DNA of 63,850 nucleotides, filler included, from Raillietiella orientalis (Eukaryota): NCBI GenBank assembly GCA_036172245.1. It is 3 parts of 3 records of this genome, joined end to end, with 100 filler letters (N's around TTAATTAATTAA, not from the genome) between each part and the next. Parts side by side here need not be neighbours in the genome. Positions count along the whole stretch, not along the records: positions 1 to 24,498 come from JAYWIR010000220.1; positions 24,599 to 49,033 come from JAYWIR010000221.1; 1 more part is not named here. The stretch is one strand, 5' to 3'. The notes under the pieces are model-generated. The model did not search any database. It saw only the letters and a list, made by a program, of their open reading frames with translations, and was not told the DNA's origin. Shown in pieces: positions 23,352 through 36,500 of this stretch. A program made the translations under genes and the position numbers. Every line of letters begins with the position of its first letter. Positions within the stretch are counted from its first letter, which is position 1.

Positions 23352-24498
23352 TAGTTTATTATGTACCAAACGTACAACCGAACACTCTAGTTTTCCACTT
23401 CCACAAAACAGAATACTGCATTTGTCTGTAGAGTTAAATTTCAGTTCACATTCGCTATTAGTCCACTTTAGTATAAGGTAGGGTTAAGGTGCGGTAGAGT
23501 TCGTCCTTTGTGCCTGGGAATACTCGTCCATCTTCATGAGGATGTAACGGTACGTCCAGGCGGCGATCCTCCCGCAGCTCCTGATCCCGATCTGCTTACG
23601 AACAAGGCCACTGAGAATGTCCCAATCCGGACGCTGTGTATACATCTTTGCCCTTCTTATCACAATGGCTGTGATGAAGAGGGCCAGCGTCGTCAGTAGC
23701 ATGGTATTGTACAGAGGAAAAACACCCGTCCTCTGAAACAATCCCCACAGGATCTGCATCGCAGTCTTCCTCTGCTTGCACGTCACCGCCTTCACCGCTT
23801 TTCAGTCCGGACGCAGCGTGGGGCAGGTGAGCACGTGGAGTTGAGTTTCCTCTTCCCCACACTCCATGCAGAATCCATCCTGCTGTCTCCCGGTCCAGTG
23901 CCGCATTCTGGAACCACTCAAAACGCCTCCGTTGAAGAACAACAGGAGGTCGTCCTGCGTGTCCGGGGATAGGTCACTTTTCATCAGTGCAGCCCCTATG
24001 GCCAGTACATTGGCTTGCGCTGGGCCGTAGCGGCTCGAGGCTGCGTCGAGGGCATCGAGGTCTTGCTGCTTCTTCGCGGTTTCCACCCTGATGTTATCTT
24101 TGGTTATGAGCAGCCACGACTCCTGCGGCTGCTCCTTCCAAAGTTCCCGGATGCGATGGTTGAAACAACCCCGCAAGGTCGTGGTCAGGCGATGCGGTCG
24201 CAGTTGGTGCCGGCTGGCACTGGTAGCGAACTGCTTGCACCGTCGGATGTTCAATCTAGGCCTTTGGTTCAACCAGTTCACCGTCTCCCTTGGGATCGGG
24301 ATGAAGTGAGGTATCACTATGCCTAGTGGTTCGTCCCATATCTCGGAGCTGGGAGGCAGGATTCTGAACCCTTGGGTTCTCACCAGTGCCTGCTTCCGCT
24401 TCCACGTAGGGTCGTTGGTTATCCACTGTCCTGTGGCACCTATGAGCGGTGACATCTGGCTCCTCGAGCCGTTTTTTGTTTTCTTGTCCATTCGGCAG
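23352..24498 (-). mobile_element. Unit D: 3' end of another family member, cut by the contig end
   Basis: ORF2 C-terminus (CMECGEEETQLHVLTC...YSQAQRTNSTAP*), an internal deletion near 24470 (DKKTK joined to NGSRS), distinct 3' UTR. Confidence 0.92.
23355..23360 (-). terminator. AATAAA signal at the 3' end of unit D
   Basis: Positionally conserved although the unit D 3' UTR does not align with those of B and C. Confidence 0.7.
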
Positions 24499-24598
24499 NN
24501 NNNNNNNNNNNNNNNNNNNNNNNNNNNNNNNNNNNNNNNNNNTTAATTAATTAANNNNNNNNNNNNNNNNNNNNNNNNNNNNNNNNNNNNNNNNNNNN
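24499..24598. other. Artificial contig linker (N44-TTAATTAATTAA-N44)
   Basis: Exactly 100 bp, six-frame-stop palindrome in the centre, identical to the second gap. Confidence 0.97.
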
Positions 24599-27500
24599 AA
24601 TTTGGACCAAATAATGAATCAAAGCGAAGGAGAAGATTGCCTTTCAAATTCCGACATTGGTTACCATGAAAACACCACAGAATGCAAAGTGCCTCGCCCT
24701 AATGAAATGTCGGTCTCTTCTTGATGATCCCCTGAAAGCAGGAAATTGGGAGGCTCTTCGGCTCTCCATGACGGGAATTTGCCACCCACTGCAAATGGAT
24801 GCTTCGTGAAGAGGCGCAAAAATGCAATGGTGAAATCTTGTGACTTCGAGATCATTACAAAAGCTGAAAAGTGGCAAATTTGGACCAAATAATGAATCAG
24901 AGCGAAGGAGAAGATTGCCTTTCAAATTCCGGCATTGGTTACCATAAAAAAAAAACAGAATGCAAAGTGCCACATCATAATGAAATGTCGGACTCTTCTT
25001 GATGATCCTCTGAAACCAGGAAATTGGGAGGATCAGCGGCTCCCCATGACGGGAGTTTGCCACTCACTGCAAATGGATGCTTCGCAAAGAGGCGCAAAAG
25101 TGCAATGGTGAAATCTTCTGCTTTCGAGTTGATTACAAAACCTGAAGAGTGGCAAATTTGGACCAAATAATGAATCAGAGCGAAGGAGAAGATTGCCTTT
25201 CAAATTCCGACATTGGTTACCATGAAAACACCACAGAATGCAAAGTGCCACGCCCTAATGAAATGTCGGTCTCTTCTTGATGATCCCCTGAAAGCAGGAA
25301 ATTGGGAGGCTCTTCGGCTCTCCATGACGAGAATTTGCCACCCACTGCAAATAAATGCTTCGTGAAGAGGCGCAAAAATGCAATGGTGAAATCTTGTGAC
25401 TTGGAGATCATTACAAAAGCTGAAAAGTGGGTAATTTCGACCAACTAATGAATAAGAGCGAAGGAGAAGATTGCCTTTCAAATTCCGACATTGGTTACCA
25501 TGAAAACAACACAGAATGCAAAGTGCCACATCCTAATGAAATGTCGGACTCTTCTTGATGATCCTCTGAAAGCAGGAAATTGGGAGGATCAGCGGCTCCC
25601 CATGACGGGAGTTTGCCACTCACTGCAAATGGATGCTTCGTGAAAAGGCGCAAAAGTGCAATGGTGAAATCTTCTGCTTTCGAGTTGATTACAAAACCTG
25701 AAAAGTGGCAAATTTGGACCAAAGAATGAATCAGAGCGAAGGAGAAGATTGCCTTTCAAATTCCGGCATTGGTTACCATGAAAACAACACAGAATGCAAA
25801 GTGCCACTTCCTAATGAAATGTCGGACTCTTCTTGATGATCCTCTGAAAGCAGGAAATTGGGAGGCTCTTCGGCTCTCCATGACGGGAATTTGCCACTCA
25901 CTGCAAATAAATGCTTCGTGAAGAGGCGCAAAAGTGCAATGGTGAAATGTTCTGACTTCGAGTTCATTACAAAAGCTGAAAAGTGGCAAATTTGGACCAA
26001 ATAATGAATCAGAGCGAAGGAGAAGATTGCCTTTCAAATTCCGACATTGGTTACCATAAAGAAAACACAGAATGCAAAGTGCCACATCATAATGAAATGT
26101 CGGACTCTTCTTGATGATCCTCTGAAACCAGGAAATTGGGAGGCTCTTCGGCTCTCCATGACAAGAATTTGCCACTCACTGCAAATGGATGCTTCGTGAA
26201 GAGGCGCAAAAATGCAATGGTGAAATCTTGTGACTTGGAGATCATTACAAAAGCTGAAAAGTGGCAAATTTGGACCAAATAATGAATCAGAACGAAGGAG
26301 AAGATTGCCTTTCAAATTCCGGCATTGGTTACCATAAAAAAAACACAGAATGCAAAGTGCCACATCATAATGAAATGTCGGACTCTTCTTGATGATCCTC
26401 TGAAACCAGGAAATTGGGAGGCTCTTCGGCTCTCCATGACGGGAATTTGCCACTCACTGCAAATGGATGCTTCGTGAAGAGGCGCAAAATTGCAATGGTG
26501 AAATCTTGTGACTTGGAGATCATTACAAAAGCTGAAAAGTGGCAAATTTGGACCAAATAATGAATCAGAGCGAAGGAGAAGATTGCCTTTCAAATTCCGA
26601 CATTGGTTACCATGAAAACAACACAGAATGCAAAGTGCCACATCCTAATGAAATGTCGTACTCTTTTTGATGATCCTCTGAAACCAGGAAATTGGGAGGC
26701 TCTTCGGCTCTCCATGACGGGAATTTTCCACTCACTGCAAATGGATGCTTCGTGAAAAGGCGCAAAAGTGCAATGGTGAAATCTTCTGCTTTCGAGTTGA
26801 TTACAAAACCTGAAAAGTGGCAAATTTGGACCAAAGAATGAATCAGAGCGAAGGAGAAGATTGCCTTTCAAATTCCGGCATTGGTTACCATGAAAACAAC
26901 ACAGAATGCAAAGTGCCACATCCTAATGAAATGTCGGACTCTTCTTGATGATCCTCTGAAAGCAGGAAATTGGGAGGCTCTTCGGCTCTCCATGACGGGA
27001 ATTTGCCACTCACTGCAAATAAATGCTTCGTGAAGAGGCGCAAAAATGCAATGGTGAAATCTTGTGACTTCGAGATCATTACAAAAGCTGAAAAGTGGCA
27101 AATTTGGACCAAATAATGAATCAGAGCGAAGGAGAAGATTGCCTTTCAAATTCCGGCATTGGTTATTATAAAAAAAAACCAGAATGCAAAGTGCCACATC
27201 ATAATGAAATGTCGGACTCTTCTTGATGATCCTCTGAAACCAGGAAATTGGGAGGCTCTTCGGCTCTCCATGACGGGAATTTTCCACTCACTGCAAATGG
27301 ATGCTTCGTGAAAAGGCGCAAAAGTGCAATGGTGAAATCTTCTGCTTTCGAGTTGATTACAAAACCTGAAAAGTGGCAAATTTGGACCAAAGAATAAATC
27401 AGAGCGAAGGGGAAGATTGCCTTTCAAATTCCGACATTGGTTACCATGAAAACAACACAGAATCCAAAGTGCCACGCCCTAATGAAATGACGGACTCTTC

Positions 27501-30500
27501 TTAATGATCCTCTCAAACCAGGAAATAGGGAGGCTCAGCGGATCTCCATGACGGGAATTTGCCACTCACTCCAAATGGATGCTTCGTGAAGAGGCGAGAA
27601 AGTGCAATGGTGAAATGTTCTGACTTCGAGTTCATTACAAAAGCTGAAAAGTGGCAAATTTGGACCAAATAATGAATAAGAGCGAAGGAGAAGATTGCCT
27701 TTCAAATTCCGACATTGGTTACCATGAAAACAGCACAGAATGCAAAGTGCCACTTCCTAATGAAATGTCGGGCTGTTCTTGATGATCCTCTGAAATCAGG
27801 AAATTGGGAGGATCAGCGGATCTCCATGACGGGAATTTGCCACTCACTCCAAATGGATGCTTCGTGAAAAGGCGCAAAGGTGCAATGGAGAAACCTTCTG
27901 ACTTCGAGTTCATTACAAAAGCTAAAAAGTGGCAAATTTGGACCCAATAATGAATAAGAGCGAAGGAGATGATTGCCTTTCAAATTCCGACATTGGTTAC
28001 CATGGAAACACCACAGAATGCAAAGTGCAACGCCCTAATGAAATGTCGGACTTTTCTTAATGATCCTCTGAAACCAGGAAATAGGGAGGCTCAGCAGATC
28101 TCCATGACGGGAATTTGCCACTCACTCCAAATGGATGCTTCGTGAAGAGGCGCAAAAGTGCAATGGTGAAATCTTCTGACTTCCAGTTCATTACAAAAGC
28201 TGAAAAGTGGCAAATTTGGACCAAATAATGAATCAGAGCGAAGGAGAAGATTGCCTTTCAAATTCCGACATTGGTTACCATAAAAACACCACAGAATGCA
28301 AAGTCCCACGCCCTAATGAAATGTCGGAGTGTTCTTGATGATCCACTGAAAGCCGGAAATTGGGAGGATCAGCGGCTCTCCATGACGGGAATTTGCCACT
28401 CACTGCAAATGGATGCTTCGTGAAGAGGCGCAAAAATGCAATGGTGAAATCTTGTGACTTGGAGATCATTACAAAAGCTGAAAAGTGGGAAATTTCGACC
28501 AAAAAATGAATCAGAGCGAAGGAGAAGATTGCCTTTCAAATTCCGACATTGGTTACCATGAAAACAACACAGAATGCAAAGTGCCACATCCTAATGAAAT
28601 GTCGGACTCTTTTTGATGATCCTCTGAAAGCAGGAAATTGGGAGGCTCTTCGGCTCTCCATGACGGGAATTTGCCACTCACTGCAAATGGATGCTTCGTG
28701 AAGAGGCGCAAAAATGCAATGGTGAAATCTTCTGCTTTCGAGTTGATTACACAACCTGAAGAGTGGCAAATTTGGACCAAATAATGAATCAGAGCGAAGG
28801 AGAAGATTGCCTTTCAAATTCCGACATTGGTTACCATAAAGAAAACACAGAATGCAAAGTGCCACATCAGAATGAAATGTCGGACTCTTCTTGATGATCC
28901 TCTGAAACCAGGAAATTGGGAGGCTCTTCGGCTCTCCATGACGGGAATTTGCCACTCACTGCAAATGGATGCTTCGTGAAGAGGCGCAAAATTGCAATGG
29001 TGAAATCTTGTGACTTGGAGATCATTACAAAAGCTGAAAAGTGGGAAATTTCGACCAAATAATGAATCAGAGCGAAGGAGAAGATTGCCTTTCAAATTCC
29101 GACATTGGTTACCATGAAAACAACACAGAATGCAAAGTGCCACATCCTAATGAAATGTCGGACTCTTCTTGATGATCCTCTGAAAGCAGGAAATTGGGAG
29201 GATCAGCGGCTCCCCATGACGGGAGTTTGCCACTCACTGCAAATGGATGCTTCGTGAAAAGGCGCAAAAGTGCAATGGTGAAATCTTCTGCTTTCGAGTT
29301 GATTACAAAACCTGAAAAGTGGCAAATTTGGACCAAAGAATGAATCAGAGCGAAGGAGAAGATTGCCTTTCAAATTCCGGCATTGGTTACCATGAAAACA
29401 ACACAGAATGCAAAGTGCCACTTCCTAATGAAATGTCGGACTCTTCTTGATGATCCTCTGAAAGCAGGAAATTGGGAGGCTCTTCGGCTCTCCATGACGG
29501 GAATTTGCCACTCACTGCAAATAAATGCTTCGTGAAGAGGCGCAAAAATCCAATGGTGAAATCTTGTGACTTGGAGATCATTACCAAAGCTGAAAAGTGG
29601 CAAATTTGGACCAAATAATGAATCAGAACGAAGGAGAAGATTGCCTTTCAAATTCCGGCATTGGTTACCATAAAAAAAACACAGAATGCAAAGTGCCACA
29701 TCATAATGAAATGTCGGACTCTTCTTGATGATCCTCTGAAACCAGGAAATTGGGAGGCTCTTCGGCTCTCCATGACGGGAATTTGCCACTCACTGCAAAT
29801 GGATGCTTCGTGAAGAGGCGCAAAATTGCAATGGTGAAATCTTGTGACTTGGAGATCATTACAAAAGCTGAAAAGTGGGAAATTTGGACCAAATAATGAA
29901 TCAGAGCGAAGGAGAAGATTGCCTTTCAAATTCCGACATTGGTTACCATGAAAACAACACAGAATGCAAAGTGCCACATCCTAATGAAATGTCGGACTCT
30001 TCTTGATGATCCTCTGAAAGCAGGAAATTGGGAGGATCAGCGGCTCCCCATGACGGGAGTTTGCCACTCACTGCAAATGGATGCTTCGCAAAGAGGCGCA
30101 AAAGTGCAATGGTGAAATCTTCTGCTTTCGAGTTGATTACAAAACCTGAAGAGTGGTAAATTTGGACCAAAGAATGAATCAGAGCGAAGTAGAAGATTGC
30201 CTTTCAAATTCCGACATTGGTTACCATGAAAACAACACAGAATGCAAAGTGCCACATCCTAATGAAATGTCGGACTCTTCTTGATGATCCTCTGAAAGCA
30301 GGAAATTGGGAGGCTCTTCGGCTCTCCATGACAAGAATTTGCCACTCACTGCAAATGGATGCTTCGTGAAGAGGCGCAAAAATGCAATGGTGAAATCTTG
30401 TGACTTGGAGATCATTACAAAAGCTGAAAAGTGGCAAATTTGGACCAAATAATGAATCAGAACGAAGGAGAAGATTGCCTTTAAATTCCGGCATTGGTTA

Positions 30501-33500
30501 CCATAAAAAAAACACAGAATGCAAAGTGCCACATCATAATGAAATGTCGGACTCTTCTTGATGATCCTCTGAAACCAGGAAATTGGGAGGCTCTTCGGCT
30601 CTCCATGACGGGAATTTGCCACTCACTGCAAATGGATGCTTCGTGAAGAGGCGCAAAATTGCAATGGTGAAATCTGGTGACTTGGAGATCATTACAAAAG
30701 CTGAAAAGTGGCAAATTTGGACCAAATAATGAATCAGAGCGAAGGAGAAGATTGCCTTTCAAATTCCGACATTGGTTACCATGAAAACAACACAGAATGC
30801 AAAGTGCCACATCCTAATGAAATGTCGTACTCTTTTTGATGATCCTCTGAAAGCAGGAAATTGGGAGGCTCTTCGGCTCTCCATGACGTAAATTTGCCAC
30901 TCACTGCAAATGGATGCTTCGCGAAGAGGCGCAAAATTGCAATGGGGAAATCTTGTGAATTGGAGATCATTACAAAAGCTGAAAAGTGGCAAATTTGGAC
31001 CAAATAATGAATCAGAGCGAAGTAGAAGATTGCCTTTCAAATTCCGACATTGGTTACCATAAAAACACAACAGAATGCAAAGTGCCACGTCCTAATGAAA
31101 TGTCGGACTGTTCTTGATGATCCTCTGAAAGCAGGAAATTGGGAGGATCAGCGGCTCCCCATGACGGGAATTTTCCACTCACTGCAAATGGATGCTTCGC
31201 AAAGAGGCGCAAAAGTGCAATGGTGAAATCTTCTGCTTTCGAGTTGATTACAAAACCTGAAGAGTGGCAAATTTGCACCAAATTATGAATCAGAGCGAAG
31301 GAGAAGATTGCCTTTCAAATTCCGACATTGGTTACCATGAAAACAACACAGAATGCAAAGTGCCACTTCCTAAATAAATGTCGGACTGTTGTTGATGATC
31401 CTCTGAAACCAGGAAATTGGGGGGCTCTTCGGCTCTCCATGACGGAAATTTTCCACTCACTGCAAATGGATGCTTCGTGAAAAGGCACAAAGGTGCAATG
31501 GAGAAACCTTCTGACGTCGAGTTCATTACAAAAGCTCAAAAGTGGCAAATTTGGACGAAATAATGAATAAGATCGAAGGAGAAGATTGCCTTTCAAATTC
31601 CGACATTGGTTACCATGAAAACAACACAGAATGCAAAGTGCCACACCCTAATGAAATGTCGGACTGTTCTTGATGATCCTCTGAAACCAGGAAATTGGGA
31701 GGATCAGCGGCTCCCCATGACGGGAGTTTGCCACTCACTGCAAATGGATGCTTCGCAAAGAGGCGCAAAAGTGCAATGGTGAAATCTTCTGCTTTCGAGT
31801 TGATTACAAAACCTGAAAAGTGGCAAATTTAGACCAAAGAATGAATCAGAGCGAAGGAGAAGATTGCCTTTCAAATTCCGACATTGGTTACCATGAAAAC
31901 AACACAGAATGCAAAGTGCCACGCCCTAATGAAATGTCGGACTGTTCTTGATGATCCTCTGAAACCAGGAAATTGGGAGGATCAGCGGCTCCCCATGACG
32001 GGAGTTTGCCACTCACTGCAAATGGATGCTTCGCAAAGAGGCGCAAAAGTGCAATGGTGAAATCTTCTGCTTTCGAGTTGATTACAAAACCTGAAGAGTG
32101 GCAAATTTGGACCAAATAATGAATCAGAGCGAAGGAGAAGATTGCCTTTCAAATTCCGACATTGGTTACCATGAAAACAACACAGAATGCAAAGTGCCAC
32201 TTCCTAATGAAATGTCGGACTGTTCTTGATGATCCTCTGAAACCAGGAAATTGGGGGGCTCTTCGGCTCTCCATGACGGGAATTTTCCACTCACTGCAAA
32301 TGGATGCTTCGTGAAAAGGCACAAAGGTGCAATGGAGAAACCTTCTGACTTCGAGTTCATTACAAAAGCTCAAAAGTGGCAAATTTGGACGAAATAATGA
32401 ATAAGATCGAAGGAGAAGATTGCCTTTCAAATTCCGACATTGGTTACCATGAAAACAACACAGAATGCAATGTGCCACACCCTAATGAAATGTCGGACTG
32501 TTCTTGATGATCCTCTGAAACCAGGAAATTGGGAGGATCAGCGGCTCCCCATGACGGGAGTTTGCCACTCACTGCAAATGGATGCTTCGATGAGACGCGC
32601 AAAAGTGCAATGGTGAAATCTTCTGCTTTCGAGTTGATTACAAAACCTGAAAAGTGGCAAATTTAGACCAAAGAATGAATCAGAGCGAAGGAGAAGATTG
32701 CCTTTCAAATTCCGACATTGGTTACCATGAAAACAACACAGAATGCAAAGTGCCACGCCCTAATGAAATGTCGGACTGTTCTTGATGATCCTCTGAAACC
32801 AGGAAATTGGGAGGATCAGCGGCTCCCCATGACGGGAGTTTGCCACTCACTGCAAATGGATGCTTCGATGAGACGCGCAAAAGTGCAATGGTGAAATCTT
32901 CTGCTTTCGAGTTGATTACAAAAGCTGAAGAGTGGCAAATTTGGACCAAATAATGAATCAGAGCGAAGGAGAAGATTGCCTTTCAAATTCCGACATTGGT
33001 TACCATGAAAAAAACACAGAATGCAAAGTGCCACACCCTAATGAAATGTCGGACTGTTCTTGATGATCCTCTGAAACCAGGAAATTGGGAGGCTCTTCGG
33101 CTCTCCATGACGGGAATTTTCCACTCACTGCAAATGGATGCTTCGTGAGAAGGCGCAAAAGTGCAATGGTGAAATCTTCTGCTTTCGAGTTGATTACAAA
33201 ACCTGAAAAGTGGCAAATTTGGACCAAAGAATGAATCAGAGCGAAGGAGAAGATTGCCTTTCAAATTCCGGCATTGGTTACCATGAAAACAACACAGAAT
33301 GCAAAGTGCCACTTCCTAATGAAATGTCGGACTCTTCTTGATGATCCTCTGAAAGCAGGAAATTGGGAGGCTCTTCGGCTCTCCATGACGGGAATTTGCC
33401 ACTCACTGCAAATGGATGCTTCGTGAAGAGGCGCAAAAATGCAATGGTGAAATCTTGTGACCTGGAGATCATTACAAAGGCTGAAAAGTGGCAAATTTGG

Positions 33501-36500
33501 ACCAAATAATGAATCAGAGCGAAGGAGAAGATTGCCTTTCAAATTCCGACATTGGTTACCATAAAAACACCACAGAATGCAAAGTCCCACGCCCTAATGA
33601 AATGTCGGAGTGTTCTTGATGATCCTCTGAAAGCCGGAAATTGGGAGGATCAGCGGCTCCCCATGACGGGAGTTTGCCACTAACTGCAAATGGATGCTTC
33701 GATGAGACGCGCAAAAGTGCAATGGTGAAATCTTCTGCTTTCGAGTTGATTACAAAAGCTGAAGAGTGGCAAATTTGGACCAAATAATGAATCAGAGCGA
33801 AGGAGAAGATTGCCTTTCTAATTCCGACATTGGTTACCATAAGGAAAACACAGAATGCAAAGTGCCACATCAGAATGAAATGTCGGACTCTTCTTGATGA
33901 TCCTCTGAAACCAGGAAATTGGGAGGCTCTTCGGCTCTCCATGACGGGAATTTGCCACTCACTGCAAATGGATGCTTCGTGAAGAGGCGCAAAATTGCAA
34001 TGGTGAAATCTTGTGACTTGGAGATCATTACAAAAGCTGAAAAGTGGGAAATTTCGACCAAATAATGAATCAGAGCGAAGGAGAAGATTGCCTTTCAAAT
34101 TCCGACATTGGTTACCATGATAACAACACAGAATGCAAAGTGCCACATCCTAATGAAATGTCGGACTCTTCTTGATGATCCTCTGAAAGCAGGAAATTGG
34201 GAGGATCAGCGGCTCCCCATGACGGGAGTTTGCCACTCACTGCAAATGGATGCTTCGTGAAAAGGCGCAAAAGTGCAATGGTGAAATCTTCTGCTTTCGA
34301 GTTGATTACAAAACCTGAAAAGTGGCAAATTTGGACCAAAGAATGAATCAGAGCGAAGGAGAAGATTGCCTTTCAAATTCCGACATTGGTTACCATGAAA
34401 ACAACACAGAATGCAAAGTGCCACACCCTAATGAAATGTCGGACTGTTCTTGATGATCCTCTGAAACCAGGAAATTGGGAGGATCAGCGGCTCCCCATGA
34501 CGGGAGTTTGCCACTCACTGCAAATGGATGCTTCGATGAGACGCGCAAAAGTGCAATGGTGAAATCTTCTGCTTTCGAGTTGATTACAAAACCTGAAAAG
34601 TGGCAAATTTGGATCAAAGAATGAATCAGAGCGAAGTAGAAGATTGCCTTTCAAATTCCGACATTGGTTACCATGAAAACAACACAGAATGCAAAGTGCC
34701 ACATCCTAATGAAATGTCGGACTCTTCTTGATGATCCTCTGAAAGCAGGAAATTGGGAGGCTCTTCGGCTCTCCATGACAAGAATTTGCCACTCACTGCA
34801 AATAAATGCTTCGTGAAGAGGCGCAAAAATGCAATGGTGAAATCTTGTGACTTCGAGATCATTACAAAAGCTGAAAAGTGGCAAATTTGGACCAAATAAT
34901 GAATCAGAGCGAAGGAGAAGATTGCCTTTCAAATTCCGGCATTGGTTATTATAAAAAAAAACCAGAATGCAAAGTGCCACATCATAATGAAATGTCGGAC
35001 TTTTCTTGATGATCCTCTGAAACCAGGAAATTGGGAGGCTCTTCGGCTCTCCATGACGGGAATTTGCCACTCACTGCAAATGGATGCTTCGTGAAGAGGC
35101 GCAAAATTGCAATGGTGAAATCTTCTGCTTTCGAGTTGATTACAAAACCTGAAAAGTGGCAAATTTGGACCAAAGAATAATTCAGAGCGAAGGGGAAGAT
35201 TGCCTTTCAAATTCCGACATTGGTTACCATGAAAACAACACAGAATCCAAAGTGCCACGCCCTAATGAAATGACGGACTCTTCTTAATGATCCTCTCAAA
35301 CCAGGAAATAGGGAGGCTCAGCGGATCTCCATGACGGGAATTTGCCACTCACTCCAAATGGATGCTTCGTGAAGAGGCGCAAAAGTGCAATGGTGAAATG
35401 TTCTGACTTCGAGTTCATTACAAAAGCTGAAAAGTGGCAAATTTGGACCAAATAATGAATAAGAGCGAAGGAGAAGATTGCCTTTCAAATTCCGACATTG
35501 GTTACCATGAAAACAACACAGAATGCAAAGTGCCACTTCCTAATGAAATGTCGGACTGTTCTTGATGATCCTCTGAAACCAGGAAATTGGGAGGATCAGC
35601 GGATCTCCATGACGGGAATTTGCCACTCACTCCAAATGGATGCTTCGTGAAAAGGCGCAAAGGTGCAATGGAGAAACCTTCTGACTTCGAGTTCATTACA
35701 AAAGCTAAAAAGTGGCAAATTTGGACCCAATAATGAATAAGAGCGAAGGAGAAGATTGCCTTTCAAATTCCGACATTGGTTACCATGGAAACACCACAGA
35801 ATGCAAAGTGCAACGCCCTAATGAAATGTCGGACTCTTCTTAATGATCCTCTGAAACCAGGAAATAGGGAGGCTCAGCAGATCTCCATGACGGGAATTTG
35901 CCACTCACTCCAAATGGATGCTTCGTGAAGAGGCGCAAAAGTGCAATGGTGAAATCTTCTGACTTCCAGTTCATTACAAAAGCTGAAAAGTGGCAAATTT
36001 GGACCAAATAATGAATCAGAGCGAAGGAGAAGATTGCCTTTCAAATTCCGACATTGGTTACCATAAAAACACCACAGAATGCAAAGTCCCACGCCCTAAT
36101 GAAATGTCGGAGTGTTCTTGATGATCCACTGAAAGCCGGAAATTGGGAGGATCAGCGGCTCCCCATGACGGGAGTTTGCCACTCACTGCAAATGGATGCT
36201 TCGCAAAGAGGCGCAAAAGTGCAATGGTGAAATCTTGTGACTTGGAGATCATTACAAAAGCTGAAAAGTGGCAAATTTGGACCAAATAATGAATCAGAGC
36301 GAAGGAGAAGATTGCCTTTCAAATTCCGACATTGGTTACCATGAAAACAACACAGAATGCAAAGTGCCACATATTAATGAAATGTCGTACTCTTTTTGAT
36401 GATCCTCTGAAAGCAGGAAATTGGGAGGCTCTTCGGCTCTCCATAACGGGAATTTGCCACTCACTGCAAATGGATGCTTCGCGAAGAGGCGCAAAATTGC

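Noticed and set aside
24543..24554. TTAATTAATTAA palindrome as a biological site
   Set aside because: Identical and centred in both 100-bp gaps; an assembly spacer.
24757..24776. CENP-B-box-like TTCG...CGGG in satellite A
   Set aside because: Spacing is 11 nt instead of the required 7, and subfamily B lacks it.
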